Of a DNA stretch of 64,000 nucleotides, positions 17,555-28,194 are shown in pieces. Below the pieces are notes generated by a model that searched no databases, was not told the origin of the DNA, and saw nothing but the letters and a program-made list of their open reading frames with translations. The first letter of the stretch is position 1, and every line of letters starts with the position of its first letter. Where the stretch lies: the IMG/VR virus record IMGVR_UViG_3300021425_004462, positions 1 to 64,000 of that record. One strand, written 5' to 3'. Position numbers and translations under genes: made by a program. Origin of the DNA: a virus.

Positions 17555-19162
17555 ATGTCATTACCATATAAATATAAAACAACATTCGATAATATCGTTC
17601 TTGCTTCAAGTGAGGTTGGGGAATCTGATATTAGCACAGCGTCATTAGAGTCATTAAGGCCGCTTATTCCAAAAAATATTGATCTAGAAAAAAACATAGA
17701 TCTACTAGCGGTTGCTTTTAACGCTGCTGTTGTAAACAAATTTAATAAAAATGGAGACGGAATTGATAGTGAAACTGCTGTAGCAGTTAAAGAATACTTT
17801 GTCCATAAGCCGACTAATATAGAGCATGATAGAGATAAAATTGTGGGCCATATTGTTTCTGCAGGATTCTCAAAATATGGTAATTCGTCTGAGCTTATGG
17901 ATGATGATTCTGCTCTTATTGAAGATCAGGCTTACAATATCGCTCTCGCAGCTGTTATTTATAGAACTGCAAGTAAAGAGTTTGCTGAGTTGGTCGAAAA
18001 CTCAACTAGTGCTGACAGTGATTATTACCAAACAGTATCTGCAAGTTGGGAGGTCGGTTTTAATGATTATGTTATTTCTGTGGGGGGAGATGATCTCTAT
18101 GAATCATCAATTATTTCTGATCCAGAAGAAATCAAAGCATACTCTCCATATTTAAAATCTTTAGGAGGAAAAGGAACGCTAAAAGATGGAAGAAAAGTGA
18201 ATAGATTAATAGTTGGAGATATTTATCCTCTAGGCATCGGCTTTACTTCAAATCCTGCAGCTGACGTAAAAGGTTTAATTGCTGAACAAAATAATAGACA
18301 AGAAGAAAAGTCAAGCAGAAACGAACCAATTGATAAGATTATTATTAAAAGCAAAAAAACTTCCCATTCTTCTGAAGAAAATGTACTAAACAAAGAACCA
18401 CATAATACTATTATGGATAAAGATCAAATAATTAATGAATTCCGAGCAGCTTTAGATGAAAAGCTTGGCAGCCAAGATTTCTCTGAAGAAAGCGTCGCTA
18501 GCATTTCCAAAGTGTTTATCGAAGCTATCCGAGAGAAAGGCGAGCAATACGTCGCCGATCTTGAAAAAGCTAAAGCTGAAAAAGAAGAGGCTGTTCAGGC
18601 TCAAAATTCTCTTCAAGAAAAAATGACTGAAGTAGAAGAACAGCTTAACGCGACAAAAGAAAAACTTTCCGCTCTTGAAGAAGAAAACTCTGCTAGAGAG
18701 GCAGAAGTAAGATTCAATGCAAGAATGGAAGCTCTCAACGAAGTTTACGAACTTGACGAAGAGGATTCTAAGATCGTTGCATCTGAACTTTCAACACTTG
18801 ATTCAACAGATGATAGCTTTGCAGCTTATCAAGAAAAATTAGCTAAAATTTGGAAGCATAAAAACAAAGAAGTTATAGCTGCTGAACAAAAAGCTTTTGA
18901 AGATAGAGTGGCTCAGGAAGTTCAAAAAAGACTTACTGAAACTCAAGCTAACACAGAAGAAGCTTCCCAAGAAGTTGTTGAGGTATCTGAGGCATCAAGC
19001 TCTGAAGAAACTGATGAAGCCGATGAGGTTTCTGAAGCTTTAGAAAATCTTGAAGTCGAAGAAGCGGCTGTTATTAATAATAACGAAGGTTCATCCGAAG
19101 GAGATTCTCTTAGAGATCGTTTCGCGAAAACTTTCAAACAATCAGTAAAAATTTCATACTAA
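17555..19162 (+). CDS. Prohead protease fused to acidic coiled-coil scaffold
   Basis: NKNGD, NIEH, SASWEVGF, GIGFTSNPAA motifs, then Glu-rich helical tail; precedes capsid genes. Confidence 0.8.
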   Translation: MSLPYKYKTTFDNIVLASSEVGESDISTASLESLRPLIPKNIDLEKNIDLLAVAFNAAVVNKFNKNGDGIDSETAVAVKEYFVHKPTNIEHDRDKIVGHIVSAGFSKYGNSSELMDDDSALIEDQAYNIALAAVIYRTASKEFAELVENSTSADSDYYQTVSASWEVGFNDYVISVGGDDLYESSIISDPEEIKAYSPYLKSLGGKGTLKDGRKVNRLIVGDIYPLGIGFTSNPAADVKGLIAEQNNRQEEKSSRNEPIDKIIIKSKKTSHSSEENVLNKEPHNTIMDKDQIINEFRAALDEKLGSQDFSEESVASISKVFIEAIREKGEQYVADLEKAKAEKEEAVQAQNSLQEKMTEVEEQLNATKEKLSALEEENSAREAEVRFNARMEALNEVYELDEEDSKIVASELSTLDSTDDSFAAYQEKLAKIWKHKNKEVIAAEQKAFEDRVAQEVQKRLTETQANTEEASQEVVEVSEASSSEETDEADEVSEALENLEVEEAAVINNNEGSSEGDSLRDRFAKTFKQSVKISY

Positions 19163-19180
19163 AAAAGAAAGAAAAAAATT

Positions 19181-19801
19181 ATGGCAAAAAGAATACTACC
19201 ATACCGAGACTACAGTGAGCACGACGTTGTTAATCTGTTCGCGCTTGAAATTGGCAGCGGAGACGATTTATCTACATTCGTTTCTAATGGCAGTGGAAAG
19301 TTCGACGCAGGAGTCGTTGTTTCTGTAAGCGCGGGAGACCTACCTGGTGAGGTTTCCGAATTGCGTGCTGCAAGCTCAGATAAACTTCGTGAATATCTGG
19401 GTGCTAGTTTTAGCGGTGCGCATATTGGATTCAACGGATACCCCGCTAACGGTATGACCGTTGCTCCTGCTGCTGCTGGCAGTCGTGGACTTGGAATCAC
19501 GCTTCGTGAGACCTTGGCTTTCGACGAGAATGGAGAAAAATTACTCTATTATAAACAAAAACTTGATGAAGCTCAAGGAGTGCTTCCTGGTCAAACAGTT
19601 CCTGTTTTGACTCGCGGATTAGTTCTTCTTACTGGTAGCGCAATCAACGGAACTCCATCTGTTGGAGATGATCTTGAGGTTAAAGCTGGTGGATTGTTAG
19701 GAACGCAAAGTTCTGGAGTAACAGTCGGTTCTGTAATCGCTATTGGAGAAGAAAGCGATGATAATACAGCTAAGAAATATCTCTGCAGAGTCAGCTTCTA
19801 A
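19181..19801 (+). CDS. Head decoration/cement protein
   Basis: Gly-rich beta protein (LGITL...DENGEKL...VPVLTRG) between scaffold and major capsid. Confidence 0.7.
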   Translation: MAKRILPYRDYSEHDVVNLFALEIGSGDDLSTFVSNGSGKFDAGVVVSVSAGDLPGEVSELRAASSDKLREYLGASFSGAHIGFNGYPANGMTVAPAAAGSRGLGITLRETLAFDENGEKLLYYKQKLDEAQGVLPGQTVPVLTRGLVLLTGSAINGTPSVGDDLEVKAGGLLGTQSSGVTVGSVIAIGEESDDNTAKKYLCRVSF

Positions 19802-19819
19802 GAAAGGAATTAAAAAATA

Positions 19820-20962
19820 ATGAAAATTACTTTAGAAAGAACACCCGAGCAAGTCGAGCTTATTAAAGCTATGGCTTCGAAAAATAGAGATGTTGCTTAT
19901 GAAGCTCAAACTGCTTTGGCCGAATTTATTGGTCCAGTTTTGGCAGAAGTTGTTAATGCAGCTCCTACAGTAAGTAATATGTTTAATTCTCTTCAGTTTA
20001 ATTCTGATGAGAGCCCAAGCATTCCCTTGGATCTCTATCACGACATCACTGATGAAGATTACATTCAGGTTTGGAGTCAATCTGTTCCTGGAGGTCTTCC
20101 AACTAACCAAGTCGCTCCTTCACAAAGCGAGCTTAAGTTCACAACTTATACTCTCGACAGTGCATTGAGCTTCGATAAGCGCTACGCTTCTCGTTCAAGA
20201 CTTGACGTTGTAAGTAAAACATTTACCCGCATGGCGCAAGAAATCCTTCTTAAGCAAGAAAAGACTTCTGCGACCATGATTATGACCGCATTGGCTAACG
20301 CTACAACAAACACTGAAAAGCATGTTATTCGTTCTGCTCAAGCAAACCGTTTCTTACTTTCTGATCTTAATAAATTATTTACTAAGGCAAAAAGAATTAA
20401 CGCAGCTTGGACTGGCGGAACTCCTGCTGAACGCCGCGGACGCGGAATCACAGATCTTCTTGTTTCTCCTGAAATCGTAGAAGAAATTCGTGGCTTGGCT
20501 TACAATCCGATCAACACTAAAGGTCCTGACGGAGAAGAACCAACCGCATCGGGTCCTGGTATTGCTGGTACAGACACTATGCGTGATGCTATCTTCAATA
20601 GCGCTGGAATTCCTGAATTCTATGGCGTATCTATCCAAGAGTATAATGAAATGGGTGATGGTCAAAAATGGAATACTGTTTTCGATACAGCTGCTGGAGA
20701 GACAAAGTTTGATGCGCATTATGTAACTGGCGGAGAAGCAGCTGTATTTAACGGTACTAGCGAACAAATCCTTGTTGGAGTTGATCTTAGCCGTGAATCT
20801 ATGATTCGTGCAGTGGCAACTGATTCCGAGTCTGGAGACGAGTTCTCTCTCGTTGCAGATGACCAATTCGTAACACGTCAATCAAAAATTGGTTATTATG
20901 GTTCTCTTGAAGAGGGTCGTATGATCATCGACGATCGCGTGTTGATGGGTCTTATCGTTTAA
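19820..20962 (+). CDS. Major capsid protein
   Basis: 380 aa, follows protease-scaffold and decoration genes, SD aaggaa, strong terminator after; DLLVSPE and IGYYG motifs fit an HK97 fold. Confidence 0.82.
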   Translation: MKITLERTPEQVELIKAMASKNRDVAYEAQTALAEFIGPVLAEVVNAAPTVSNMFNSLQFNSDESPSIPLDLYHDITDEDYIQVWSQSVPGGLPTNQVAPSQSELKFTTYTLDSALSFDKRYASRSRLDVVSKTFTRMAQEILLKQEKTSATMIMTALANATTNTEKHVIRSAQANRFLLSDLNKLFTKAKRINAAWTGGTPAERRGRGITDLLVSPEIVEEIRGLAYNPINTKGPDGEEPTASGPGIAGTDTMRDAIFNSAGIPEFYGVSIQEYNEMGDGQKWNTVFDTAAGETKFDAHYVTGGEAAVFNGTSEQILVGVDLSRESMIRAVATDSESGDEFSLVADDQFVTRQSKIGYYGSLEEGRMIIDDRVLMGLIV

Positions 20963-20991
20963 TTCTAAACGAATTAACGTTTTATAAAAGG

Positions 20992-21025
20992 TCCACCTCA
21001 GGCAACTGGGGTGGATTTTTTATTT
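20992..21025 (+). terminator. Rho-independent terminator after major capsid gene
   Basis: tccacctcag-gcaa-ctggggtgga followed by a T tract. Confidence 0.85.
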
Positions 21026-21042
21026 AAATTCTTTATAATAAT

Positions 21043-21047
21043 GTGTA
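21043..21047 (+). promoter_or_regulatory. GTGTA putative phage promoter element
   Basis: Just after the capsid terminator; 29 nt to ATG 21077 with an SD-like aaggt in the leader. Confidence 0.55.
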
Positions 21048-21076
21048 TAAATATATCAAGGTAAAAGGTTATTACT

Positions 21077-21472
21077 ATGGCAAATAAAAAACAATCGAGT
21101 AAATCTAAATCTTCCAAGAAAAAATTAGCAGATTTAGAACAAACAAATGGCAAGGTATATGAAGATCAAGTAGCTCGCGCAAGAGAGCTTGAAGATCTTC
21201 TTGGAATACCTAAGATTAACCCTTTCAAAACTAATGACAAAAAAGTCTTTCAAGAAATGCTTCAAGATATGAATTTAACAGATCTACAGGCCTTTGCAGT
21301 AAAAGTGGGCGTTTTTCCTTCTGGAAACAAAACCGTACTAAAAAACAAAATTAAACGAGCATTTGATTCAAGTTTGCATGGAAAGGGTAGCGTTCAAATC
21401 ATGGGGGATCCTATGAAGCTAGATCCGAAGAACCCAAAACATAAAGAAGTTATTGACTATTTAAATAATTAA
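21077..21472 (+). CDS. Hypothetical basic protein (head module)
   Basis: 131-aa ORF after the capsid gene. Confidence 0.7.
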   Translation: MANKKQSSKSKSSKKKLADLEQTNGKVYEDQVARARELEDLLGIPKINPFKTNDKKVFQEMLQDMNLTDLQAFAVKVGVFPSGNKTVLKNKIKRAFDSSLHGKGSVQIMGDPMKLDPKNPKHKEVIDYLNN

Positions 21473-21473
21473 A

Positions 21474-21992
21474 ATGGCACACGATTTATTTCCAGATACA
21501 AATTTAGGAAAGCTTGCGGTAGATATATATGATCAAGAGATTGGTTTTCAGGAACATGGAGAATCTAGAAATAAAGAGATTGGTTTAATATCTGGTTGGC
21601 TTGAGGGTCATCTTGGCGAACTAAATAATTTAATTTTTACTTCTTTTAGTGGGCAAAATCCAGAAGCTTTTAATTTAGAAGAACAAGGAATACTTAGAGA
21701 AATGTATCTCTCTGAGTACAACCGAAAAGCTCATAGACGTGTTTTAAGAGGTATTGATGGTAGTGATGGCAGTCCAGACTTTAGAATGATAAAAGAAGGA
21801 GATTCTGTCATTCAAAGATCAGATAAAAATGCTACAGCAAAAAATTACCAACAGGCCTATAATGCTTCTAGGGAAAGAGTTAAAGAATTAGTTGCTGCAT
21901 ATAATATATATGGAGCTAAACCAAATCAAGTTGTAGGAAAGGATTCTCCCGTGACAGGTAGATATCCAGGTGTTGACGGATATTATTCATAA
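21474..21992 (+). CDS. Putative head-tail connector/adaptor
   Basis: Helical 172-aa protein downstream of the capsid gene; positional inference. Confidence 0.45.
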   Translation: MAHDLFPDTNLGKLAVDIYDQEIGFQEHGESRNKEIGLISGWLEGHLGELNNLIFTSFSGQNPEAFNLEEQGILREMYLSEYNRKAHRRVLRGIDGSDGSPDFRMIKEGDSVIQRSDKNATAKNYQQAYNASRERVKELVAAYNIYGAKPNQVVGKDSPVTGRYPGVDGYYS

Positions 21993-21996
21993 TCTA

Positions 21997-22001
21997 GTGT
22001 A
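21997..22001 (+). promoter_or_regulatory. GTGTA putative phage promoter element
   Basis: 12 nt before ATG 22014. Confidence 0.65.
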
Positions 22002-22013
22002 AATAAATAAATT

Positions 22014-22526
22014 ATGAGCGAATCAAATGCAGAAATAAATTACAATAATAAAATTATTAAATCCGAACTATACCATCTCTGGAAGAAGTCTAGAATAATG
22101 TACGATATGATTAAGGATGATCGTGATTTACAGGACTGGCAAAAAAAGAATATCCAGCAAGCAAGAGACTTATTAGATAAAGCTTTAATGTATAGCGAAT
22201 ATGATAATATGTTTCCCGAAAGAAAAGATGAAGAAATTGATGAACCTGCCAAAAATAATTTCTTATCGAATGAGGATAAAAGATATCCTACTCCAGCTGC
22301 GCAAGAAAGTGGGGATCAATTTGTTACAAGATGCATATTGGACGCAAATATGAAGAGAAGATATCCAGTGCAAGGAGATAGATTTTCTGCATGTATGACA
22401 TTGTTTAATGAAAATAAAAATAATGTAAGCGAGGACTTGCATAATAATCCTGGGGAAAAATTTGAAGATCCTATGGAAACTAAAGATCCTGATTTAAAGG
22501 ATCCTGTCAAGCCTATACTTCCTTGA
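22014..22526 (+). CDS. Hypothetical protein with PxP..E..F..RC...R..AC module
   Basis: YPTPAAQESGDQFVTRC...DRFSAC. Confidence 0.65.
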   Translation: MSESNAEINYNNKIIKSELYHLWKKSRIMYDMIKDDRDLQDWQKKNIQQARDLLDKALMYSEYDNMFPERKDEEIDEPAKNNFLSNEDKRYPTPAAQESGDQFVTRCILDANMKRRYPVQGDRFSACMTLFNENKNNVSEDLHNNPGEKFEDPMETKDPDLKDPVKPILP

Positions 22527-24969
22527 TTTTAAAAGATACTTTCTCTTTTAGATAGGAGAATTTAATTTGTTGATTATCGTCTAATTCTTTAGAAAGAAGG
22601 AGTTTTGATAATTCATTTTCTAAATTCTTTTGAATAAGTCGTTTTACAGGTCTTGCACCCATTTTCTGTTTAACAGCTTCAGCGGCAATATAATTTACAA
22701 AAGAAGGCGTTGCTCTAATAGATATTTTTCTATCTTTTAGCTTTTCTGATACATTATTTATTTCTAATTTAACTATTTTCTTTAATTGATCTACATTAAA
22801 ATCCTGAAACAATATTATCTCATTTAATCTATTTAGAAATTCAGGCTTAAAGAATACTTTTAATTCTGCTATAAGCTTTTGCTTGATTTGGTCTCCTGAC
22901 TCTAGTTGATTGAAGCCTATCATTGGTTTGGATACTTTTTCACTACCTATATTGCCTGTTAATATAACAATGCAATTATTAAAATTAACTTTACGCCCTG
23001 AATTATCTGTGACAAAACCTTCTTCGAGAATTTGTAGTAATATATTTAATACATCGGGGTGAGCTTTTTCGACTTCGTCAAAAAGAATAACGCTGTAAGG
23101 GTTTCTTCGAACTTTTTCTGTAAGCTCCCCGCCCTCTTCGTAACCTACATATCCCGGCGATGCACCAATTAATCTACTGGCAGATATCTTCTCTGAAAAC
23201 TCACTCATGTCTAGCTGGATGAGTTTGTCTTGTCCACCATAAATAAATTCTGCAATGCATTTTGCTGTGTATGTTTTTCCTGTTCCGCTTGCGCCGACAA
23301 GCAAAAAACTACCTACAGGTTTTCTTGGGTCTCTCAACCCGGATTTTGACCTTAAAATACACTCTGAAATTTCTTCTAGAGCTTTTGTTTGACCAATTAT
23401 TCTTTTCTTTAAAGAATTAAATAATCCTAACATTTTTTCAGAATCTTTTTGAGACATATCCTCAACAGGAACCCCTGTTCTTGAGGACACTACTTCAAAA
23501 ATATCTTTATCTGTAACTTCGATTCTTGTTTTAATTGTTTTTTTTGCCCATTTTTCAATAACGCTATCATATTCTTCTAAAAGATCTATTTGTTTTTCTC
23601 CGTTTTTTATGCTTTTAGAACTTAATAAATTATTCCTAGACTCATCAACAGCAATCTCTTCTAGCTCTTTTTCAATTTCTTTGGCTCTTTTGGGTCTAGT
23701 AATATTTTTAATTTTTACTTTAGATCCAGCTTGGTCCATGATATCTAAAGCTTTATCTGGAAACTGCTTTTCTAATAGATATCTTGCGCTTAAATCTACA
23801 ATCAATTTAAGAACTTCTTTAGAATAATGTATAGAATGAAAGCTTTCGTATTTCTTTTTTACTCCTGAAATTATTTCAAGAGTTTCTTCCTTAGAGGGCT
23901 CTTTCACCTTAATGGATTGAAACCTTCTGTCTAAAGCGCCATCTTTTAGTATTGTTTTTTTGTATTCATTTTGAGTAGTTGCCCCAATGCATTTTATTTC
24001 TCCTCTGGCAAGAAGTGGTTTTAATAAATTAGCTGCATCCATACCGCCTTCTGCATTTCCAGCTCCAACGAGAGTATGTATTTCGTCTATAAATAAAATA
24101 ATATTTGGATCTTTTTTCGCTTCATCAATTATACCTTTTAACCTTTCTTCGAACTGACCTCTATATTTTGTGCCAGCTATGAGTGATCCTAGATCTAAAG
24201 AGTATATTATTTTTCCTAAAAGAAAATCTGGAGATTCACTTTTGACTATTTTTTGAGCTAAACCTTCTACGATAGCAGTTTTTCCTACTCCAGGTTCCCC
24301 AAGAAGCACTGGATTATTTTTAGTTCTTCTACAAAGAATTTCGCAAGCCATATCGATCTCTTCTTGTTTTCCTATAATATTATCAAATTTACCTTTTAAT
24401 GCTAAAACATTAAAATTAACCGCATGCTTATCAAGCAAGTTTGATGATTCTTTTGTTTTTGCAGTAGATTTTTGAGGTGGAGATTGAGAAGCTTTTTGAT
24501 TGTGAACGTATGCATGATCTTTTGATAAATGCAAATATTCTCTGACTTCTGTAATAATGTCTTCCGCGGAAACATTAAACAAAGAAAAGTAAAAGGGGAT
24601 GTTTGAGTTTTCATATTTTAATAAAGCAAGTAATATATGCTCTATTCCTACGTATTCGTGCTCAAGTTTCTCACTAATTGATGCTGAAACCTTTAATACT
24701 AAATGAAAATGTTCATCATATTCTGGCTGAGTCTCTAAATCATCTACTGAGGGCATTTGCACAAAATTTTCTTCTAGTTGAGATTTAATTTGAATACGAT
24801 CTATATTTAGCAGAAATAATATTTCACTCAGAATCCCTGCATTTAATTGAATCATTCCATAAAAAAGATGCTCTAAGGAAACTTCCTTGTGGTAATATGA
24901 TTCTGCAGTAGATTTAGCTTTATTTATAGCTTGCTGCGCCCGAGGAGTAAAGTTGGGTTTTGGTATCAT
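22513..24969 (-). CDS. clpC: ClpC-like AAA+ unfoldase (Clp protease ATPase subunit)
   Basis: Clp N-domain (FTPRAQ, EHLF, EHILLAL), [33 protein letters not shown] loop; start 24969 or 24975. Confidence 0.92.
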   Translation of the reverse strand: MIPKPNFTPRAQQAINKAKSTAESYYHKEVSLEHLFYGMIQLNAGILSEILFLLNIDRIQIKSQLEENFVQMPSVDDLETQPEYDEHFHLVLKVSASISEKLEHEYVGIEHILLALLKYENSNIPFYFSLFNVSAEDIITEVREYLHLSKDHAYVHNQKASQSPPQKSTAKTKESSNLLDKHAVNFNVLALKGKFDNIIGKQEEIDMACEILCRRTKNNPVLLGEPGVGKTAIVEGLAQKIVKSESPDFLLGKIIYSLDLGSLIAGTKYRGQFEERLKGIIDEAKKDPNIILFIDEIHTLVGAGNAEGGMDAANLLKPLLARGEIKCIGATTQNEYKKTILKDGALDRRFQSIKVKEPSKEETLEIISGVKKKYESFHSIHYSKEVLKLIVDLSARYLLEKQFPDKALDIMDQAGSKVKIKNITRPKRAKEIEKELEEIAVDESRNNLLSSKSIKNGEKQIDLLEEYDSVIEKWAKKTIKTRIEVTDKDIFEVVSSRTGVPVEDMSQKDSEKMLGLFNSLKKRIIGQTKALEEISECILRSKSGLRDPRKPVGSFLLVGASGTGKTYTAKCIAEFIYGGQDKLIQLDMSEFSEKISASRLIGASPGYVGYEEGGELTEKVRRNPYSVILFDEVEKAHPDVLNILLQILEEGFVTDNSGRKVNFNNCIVILTGNIGSEKVSKPMIGFNQLESGDQIKQKLIAELKVFFKPEFLNRLNEIILFQDFNVDQLKKIVKLEINNVSEKLKDRKISIRATPSFVNYIAAEAVKQKMGARPVKRLIQKNLENELSKLLLSKELDDNQQIKFSYLKEKVSFKIKEV

Positions 24970-24980
24970 TTTCATGTTAT

Positions 24981-24985
24981 TACAC
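24981..24985 (-). promoter_or_regulatory. GTGTA putative phage promoter element
   Basis: 11 nt before ATG 24969. Confidence 0.6.
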
Positions 24986-24991
24986 TCTAAA

Positions 24992-27550
24992 CTATTTAAC
25001 TTCAGACATTTTCATATATATCTTTTCGTCCATTATACTCAATGAATCTAGAAAAACAATATCTTCACCTTTTCTTCCGTATGCCACTATTATACTCTTT
25101 TTTGATGGAGTTTTATTCTTTGAATCAAAATATCTATCATAGTAATTACCTCTGCGGGAGTTTAAAAGCATAGCGTCATATTTACCATGTTCATCTGTAA
25201 TTGATAATTTCATATATTTATTTCCATTTCTAGATGTTCTTTTAATGCAGTCTTCAACAACTCCAATAAATTTACCTTTATCATCTGAATTCATGAGGTT
25301 TAAGTCTCTTGAGTCTTTTAACGACTCATAAGAGTCCATAAAACATGATTTTAATGAAGAGCTATGGCTATATCCTAGAAGCTCTGTTTCAAAATACCAA
25401 TTAGCAAATCCTTGATACATTTTATTTTTATCGTAAATCTCTTTATATAAATCGTATTTTTTCTTAAATGTTTTGAATCTAGATTCTTTCATTAAAGGTT
25501 TACCATCGTCTCCTACTAGATCTCCTTTTTTAGCGTCTGCTATACAGTTTAGAAGTTTATATTCATACTTTTCTCCAAGAGCGATAAAGTTCCGCTTTTC
25601 TCTATCTGTTAATAAATTAAATGCTTGGGCCTCTAAAACCATCAACGACCTGTTTTTACCTTTACTCTCTAAGGCTCCAGCTTGAATTAATGCGCTCAAT
25701 ATACCAATATTTAATCCAGCTTGCTTTGCCGCGAGAAAAATATCATATTTCGTTGGGGTTTCGCTTGAGCGAAAGTTTTTGAGGGAATGTAAAGACTTTT
25801 CGCTTACCCCTTTGATGCTATTTAATCCAAATCGTATATCTTTACCTTCAATTGAAAAATCCATACCAGATTTAGCTAAGTCTGGAGAAAGTAATTTTAT
25901 TCCAAAATGAGAAAGCTCTTGACAAACTTTAGCTATTTCCTCTTGTGGAGATGGCTCGTATTTAGTCATCTTGAGAAGAGATATAAAGAATTGCTGTGGA
26001 TAATTAAATTTTAAATAAGCTGTCCATGCGGATAAAGTTGCATAGGCTAGAGAGTGGGATTTATTAAAAGAGTAATTAGCGCTATCTTCTGCTACGCTCC
26101 ACAAGATGTGCGATATCTCTCTAGGTAAATCATTTTCCTCTACTTTGTCTTCAATCTTCTTTTTCCAAGCTGGCATTTGTTCTACTTTTTTCTTACCGAC
26201 AATTCTTCTTAATTGTTCCGCTTCATCAAGAGTAAATCCAACTTTAACTGCCATTTGCATCAATTGCTCTTGGTAAAGTGGGATTCCTCCTGTATAATCC
26301 AAAACATCACTAAAGAACTCGTGAATAACCTGCGCTTCTTCTGTTTCAGAATATGTAGCATAATTATCTAAAAATTCTAGAGCTCCAGGCCTACCAATCG
26401 CTACAACCGCACTAAGTTGCTCTAGGTCCCTTGGTTTAATCTTTTTGCAAACCCTATAGTTTGTATCGGATTCAAGCTGAAAAAGCCCGTGAGGCGTTCT
26501 GAGTGTCTGCAATGGCTTATATACATCTGAATCATTTAGATCTACAGTAGAAATGTCTATGTCTAGATTTTTGCAGACATCATAAATAACGCTCAAGGTT
26601 CTTAATCCTAAAATATCGAACTTAACCATTAATTCTGCAACCCAATTCATATCGTATCCTGTAACCAAAGCTCCGTCATTTGATTTTTGAATTGGACAAA
26701 TATCTGTGATTTTTTGAAAAGAAATTGCAATACCGCTAGGATGAACTCCCGTATTTTTGTTTAAACCTTCTAATTTAAGAGCGATCTCAAATACTTCTGG
26801 ATTGGCTGCTGCCCAATCTGCGAATTTTTCACTTTCTTCTATTGCAGAAGAAATTGGCATAACAACTCCAAACTTTTTGGGGATAGTGTCACTAACTTCA
26901 TTGACCTCTTGCTCAGAAAATTCTCCAACAATTTTTCCACACTCTTTCACGCAAAGCTTTCCACTTAAGGTATTTAGCGTTAATATTTTAGCTGTACGAG
27001 CGGGATGTTTTTTTTCAATATATTCTATAACTTCAGCTCTTCTTTCATAAGCTATGTCGTTATCTACATCAGCTAAAAGACTTCCATCTAAATAGATTTC
27101 TCCATCTTTTTCTATTTTTCTTGCCCTACTTTTTGAAACAAAACGCTCAAAGAAAAGGCTGTACTTGACCGGATCTACATTTGTAACCCCAATTAGATAC
27201 AAAACCAAAGAGCCTGCAGCAGACCCTCTTCCTGGACCTGTCGGTATATCATTTTCGTGACAATAGTTTATTATGTCCCAGTTTAATAAAATATAATCTA
27301 TAAATCCTAATTCATCTAATATCTTTAATTCAGATTTTGCTCTTTCAAAATATTCTTTTTTATTTTTTAGCTTATCTATTCCTCTGTCATATACTCCTTT
27401 GTGACATAATTTGCGTAGAAAGTCTAGGTTAGAAATGTCTTCTGATGCTTCGAGCATTTCATAGTATTTCTTTTCAATTTTAATTTCTGGTAATTTTACG
27501 CCAGGAGGCGCACAGTCTTGGTAGTCTGTAAATTGTTCTGTAAAACTCAT
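24992..27550 (-). CDS. dnaE: DNA polymerase III alpha catalytic core (family C), lacking most of the PHP domain
   Basis: GPGRGSAAGSL, FERF, DVDND, HPSG, KFDILGL, YQEQ, FNKSH, IRFGL; TAATG overlap start. Confidence 0.93.
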   Translation of the reverse strand: MSFTEQFTDYQDCAPPGVKLPEIKIEKKYYEMLEASEDISNLDFLRKLCHKGVYDRGIDKLKNKKEYFERAKSELKILDELGFIDYILLNWDIINYCHENDIPTGPGRGSAAGSLVLYLIGVTNVDPVKYSLFFERFVSKSRARKIEKDGEIYLDGSLLADVDNDIAYERRAEVIEYIEKKHPARTAKILTLNTLSGKLCVKECGKIVGEFSEQEVNEVSDTIPKKFGVVMPISSAIEESEKFADWAAANPEVFEIALKLEGLNKNTGVHPSGIAISFQKITDICPIQKSNDGALVTGYDMNWVAELMVKFDILGLRTLSVIYDVCKNLDIDISTVDLNDSDVYKPLQTLRTPHGLFQLESDTNYRVCKKIKPRDLEQLSAVVAIGRPGALEFLDNYATYSETEEAQVIHEFFSDVLDYTGGIPLYQEQLMQMAVKVGFTLDEAEQLRRIVGKKKVEQMPAWKKKIEDKVEENDLPREISHILWSVAEDSANYSFNKSHSLAYATLSAWTAYLKFNYPQQFFISLLKMTKYEPSPQEEIAKVCQELSHFGIKLLSPDLAKSGMDFSIEGKDIRFGLNSIKGVSEKSLHSLKNFRSSETPTKYDIFLAAKQAGLNIGILSALIQAGALESKGKNRSLMVLEAQAFNLLTDREKRNFIALGEKYEYKLLNCIADAKKGDLVGDDGKPLMKESRFKTFKKKYDLYKEIYDKNKMYQGFANWYFETELLGYSHSSSLKSCFMDSYESLKDSRDLNLMNSDDKGKFIGVVEDCIKRTSRNGNKYMKLSITDEHGKYDAMLLNSRRGNYYDRYFDSKNKTPSKKSIIVAYGRKGEDIVFLDSLSIMDEKIYMKMSEVK

Positions 27551-28194
27551 TATACTTCTATCTCCCATATCATTTTTTTGAATACTTCGTAGTTAACTCT
27601 AATGTCATATAATGCATCATGCAATTTTTTCTCATCAAAGTCAACATCAAAATCTTTGCAGCACTGCTTGAGGTTACAACTTAAACCTCTTTCAATCAAA
27701 TGGTTAAGTCGATATTGCCATGCTAAAAAATTATCATCTTTATCCAGCCTTATTCTCTTTTTAAGAGCTTTTGCAAGACATAAGGTGTCCACTAAATGCT
27801 CTGTATAGCTAAAGTCGGTTTCTGAGTTTTCATCAATAAGTTTGCGATGAACATTATGCATGTAAACATCAAATCCTAGTAAGTTGTGGCCGACTTTAAG
27901 ATAGGAGTCGTCATACAAATATTTCTCGAAGTGGTCTAAGGCAGCTTTGGGGCATGTGGCCTTTTTCTTATATTTTGCCTCAGTAAAGCCAGTGATCTTT
28001 GCTGCGTCAGGTGATACATTTAATTCATCCCATTTGAGCCAGTAATCTTTTTGCTCTACAATTTTATTATTTTCTATTACAAGAAATGCTAATTGCCATG
28101 GTTTATTATTTGATACAAGATTTAAATTACATGTTTCATAATCAAACAGTAAATACTTTTTATTCTTTTGAAATCTAAGCAGTGATTCTTTCAT
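27550..28194 (-). CDS. dnaQ: DEDDh 3'-5' exonuclease (DnaQ/epsilon-like)
   Basis: FDYET, HNLLGFD, VDTL, HDALYD. Confidence 0.88.
   Translation of the reverse strand: MKESLLRFQKNKKYLLFDYETCNLNLVSNNKPWQLAFLVIENNKIVEQKDYWLKWDELNVSPDAAKITGFTEAKYKKKATCPKAALDHFEKYLYDDSYLKVGHNLLGFDVYMHNVHRKLIDENSETDFSYTEHLVDTLCLAKALKKRIRLDKDDNFLAWQYRLNHLIERGLSCNLKQCCKDFDVDFDEKKLHDALYDIRVNYEVFKKMIWEIEV

Noticed and set aside
20375-20881. 168-aa antisense ORF within the major capsid gene, and similar short antisense ORFs elsewhere
   Set aside because: No recognisable motifs or promoter; expected by-product of codon bias on the coding strand
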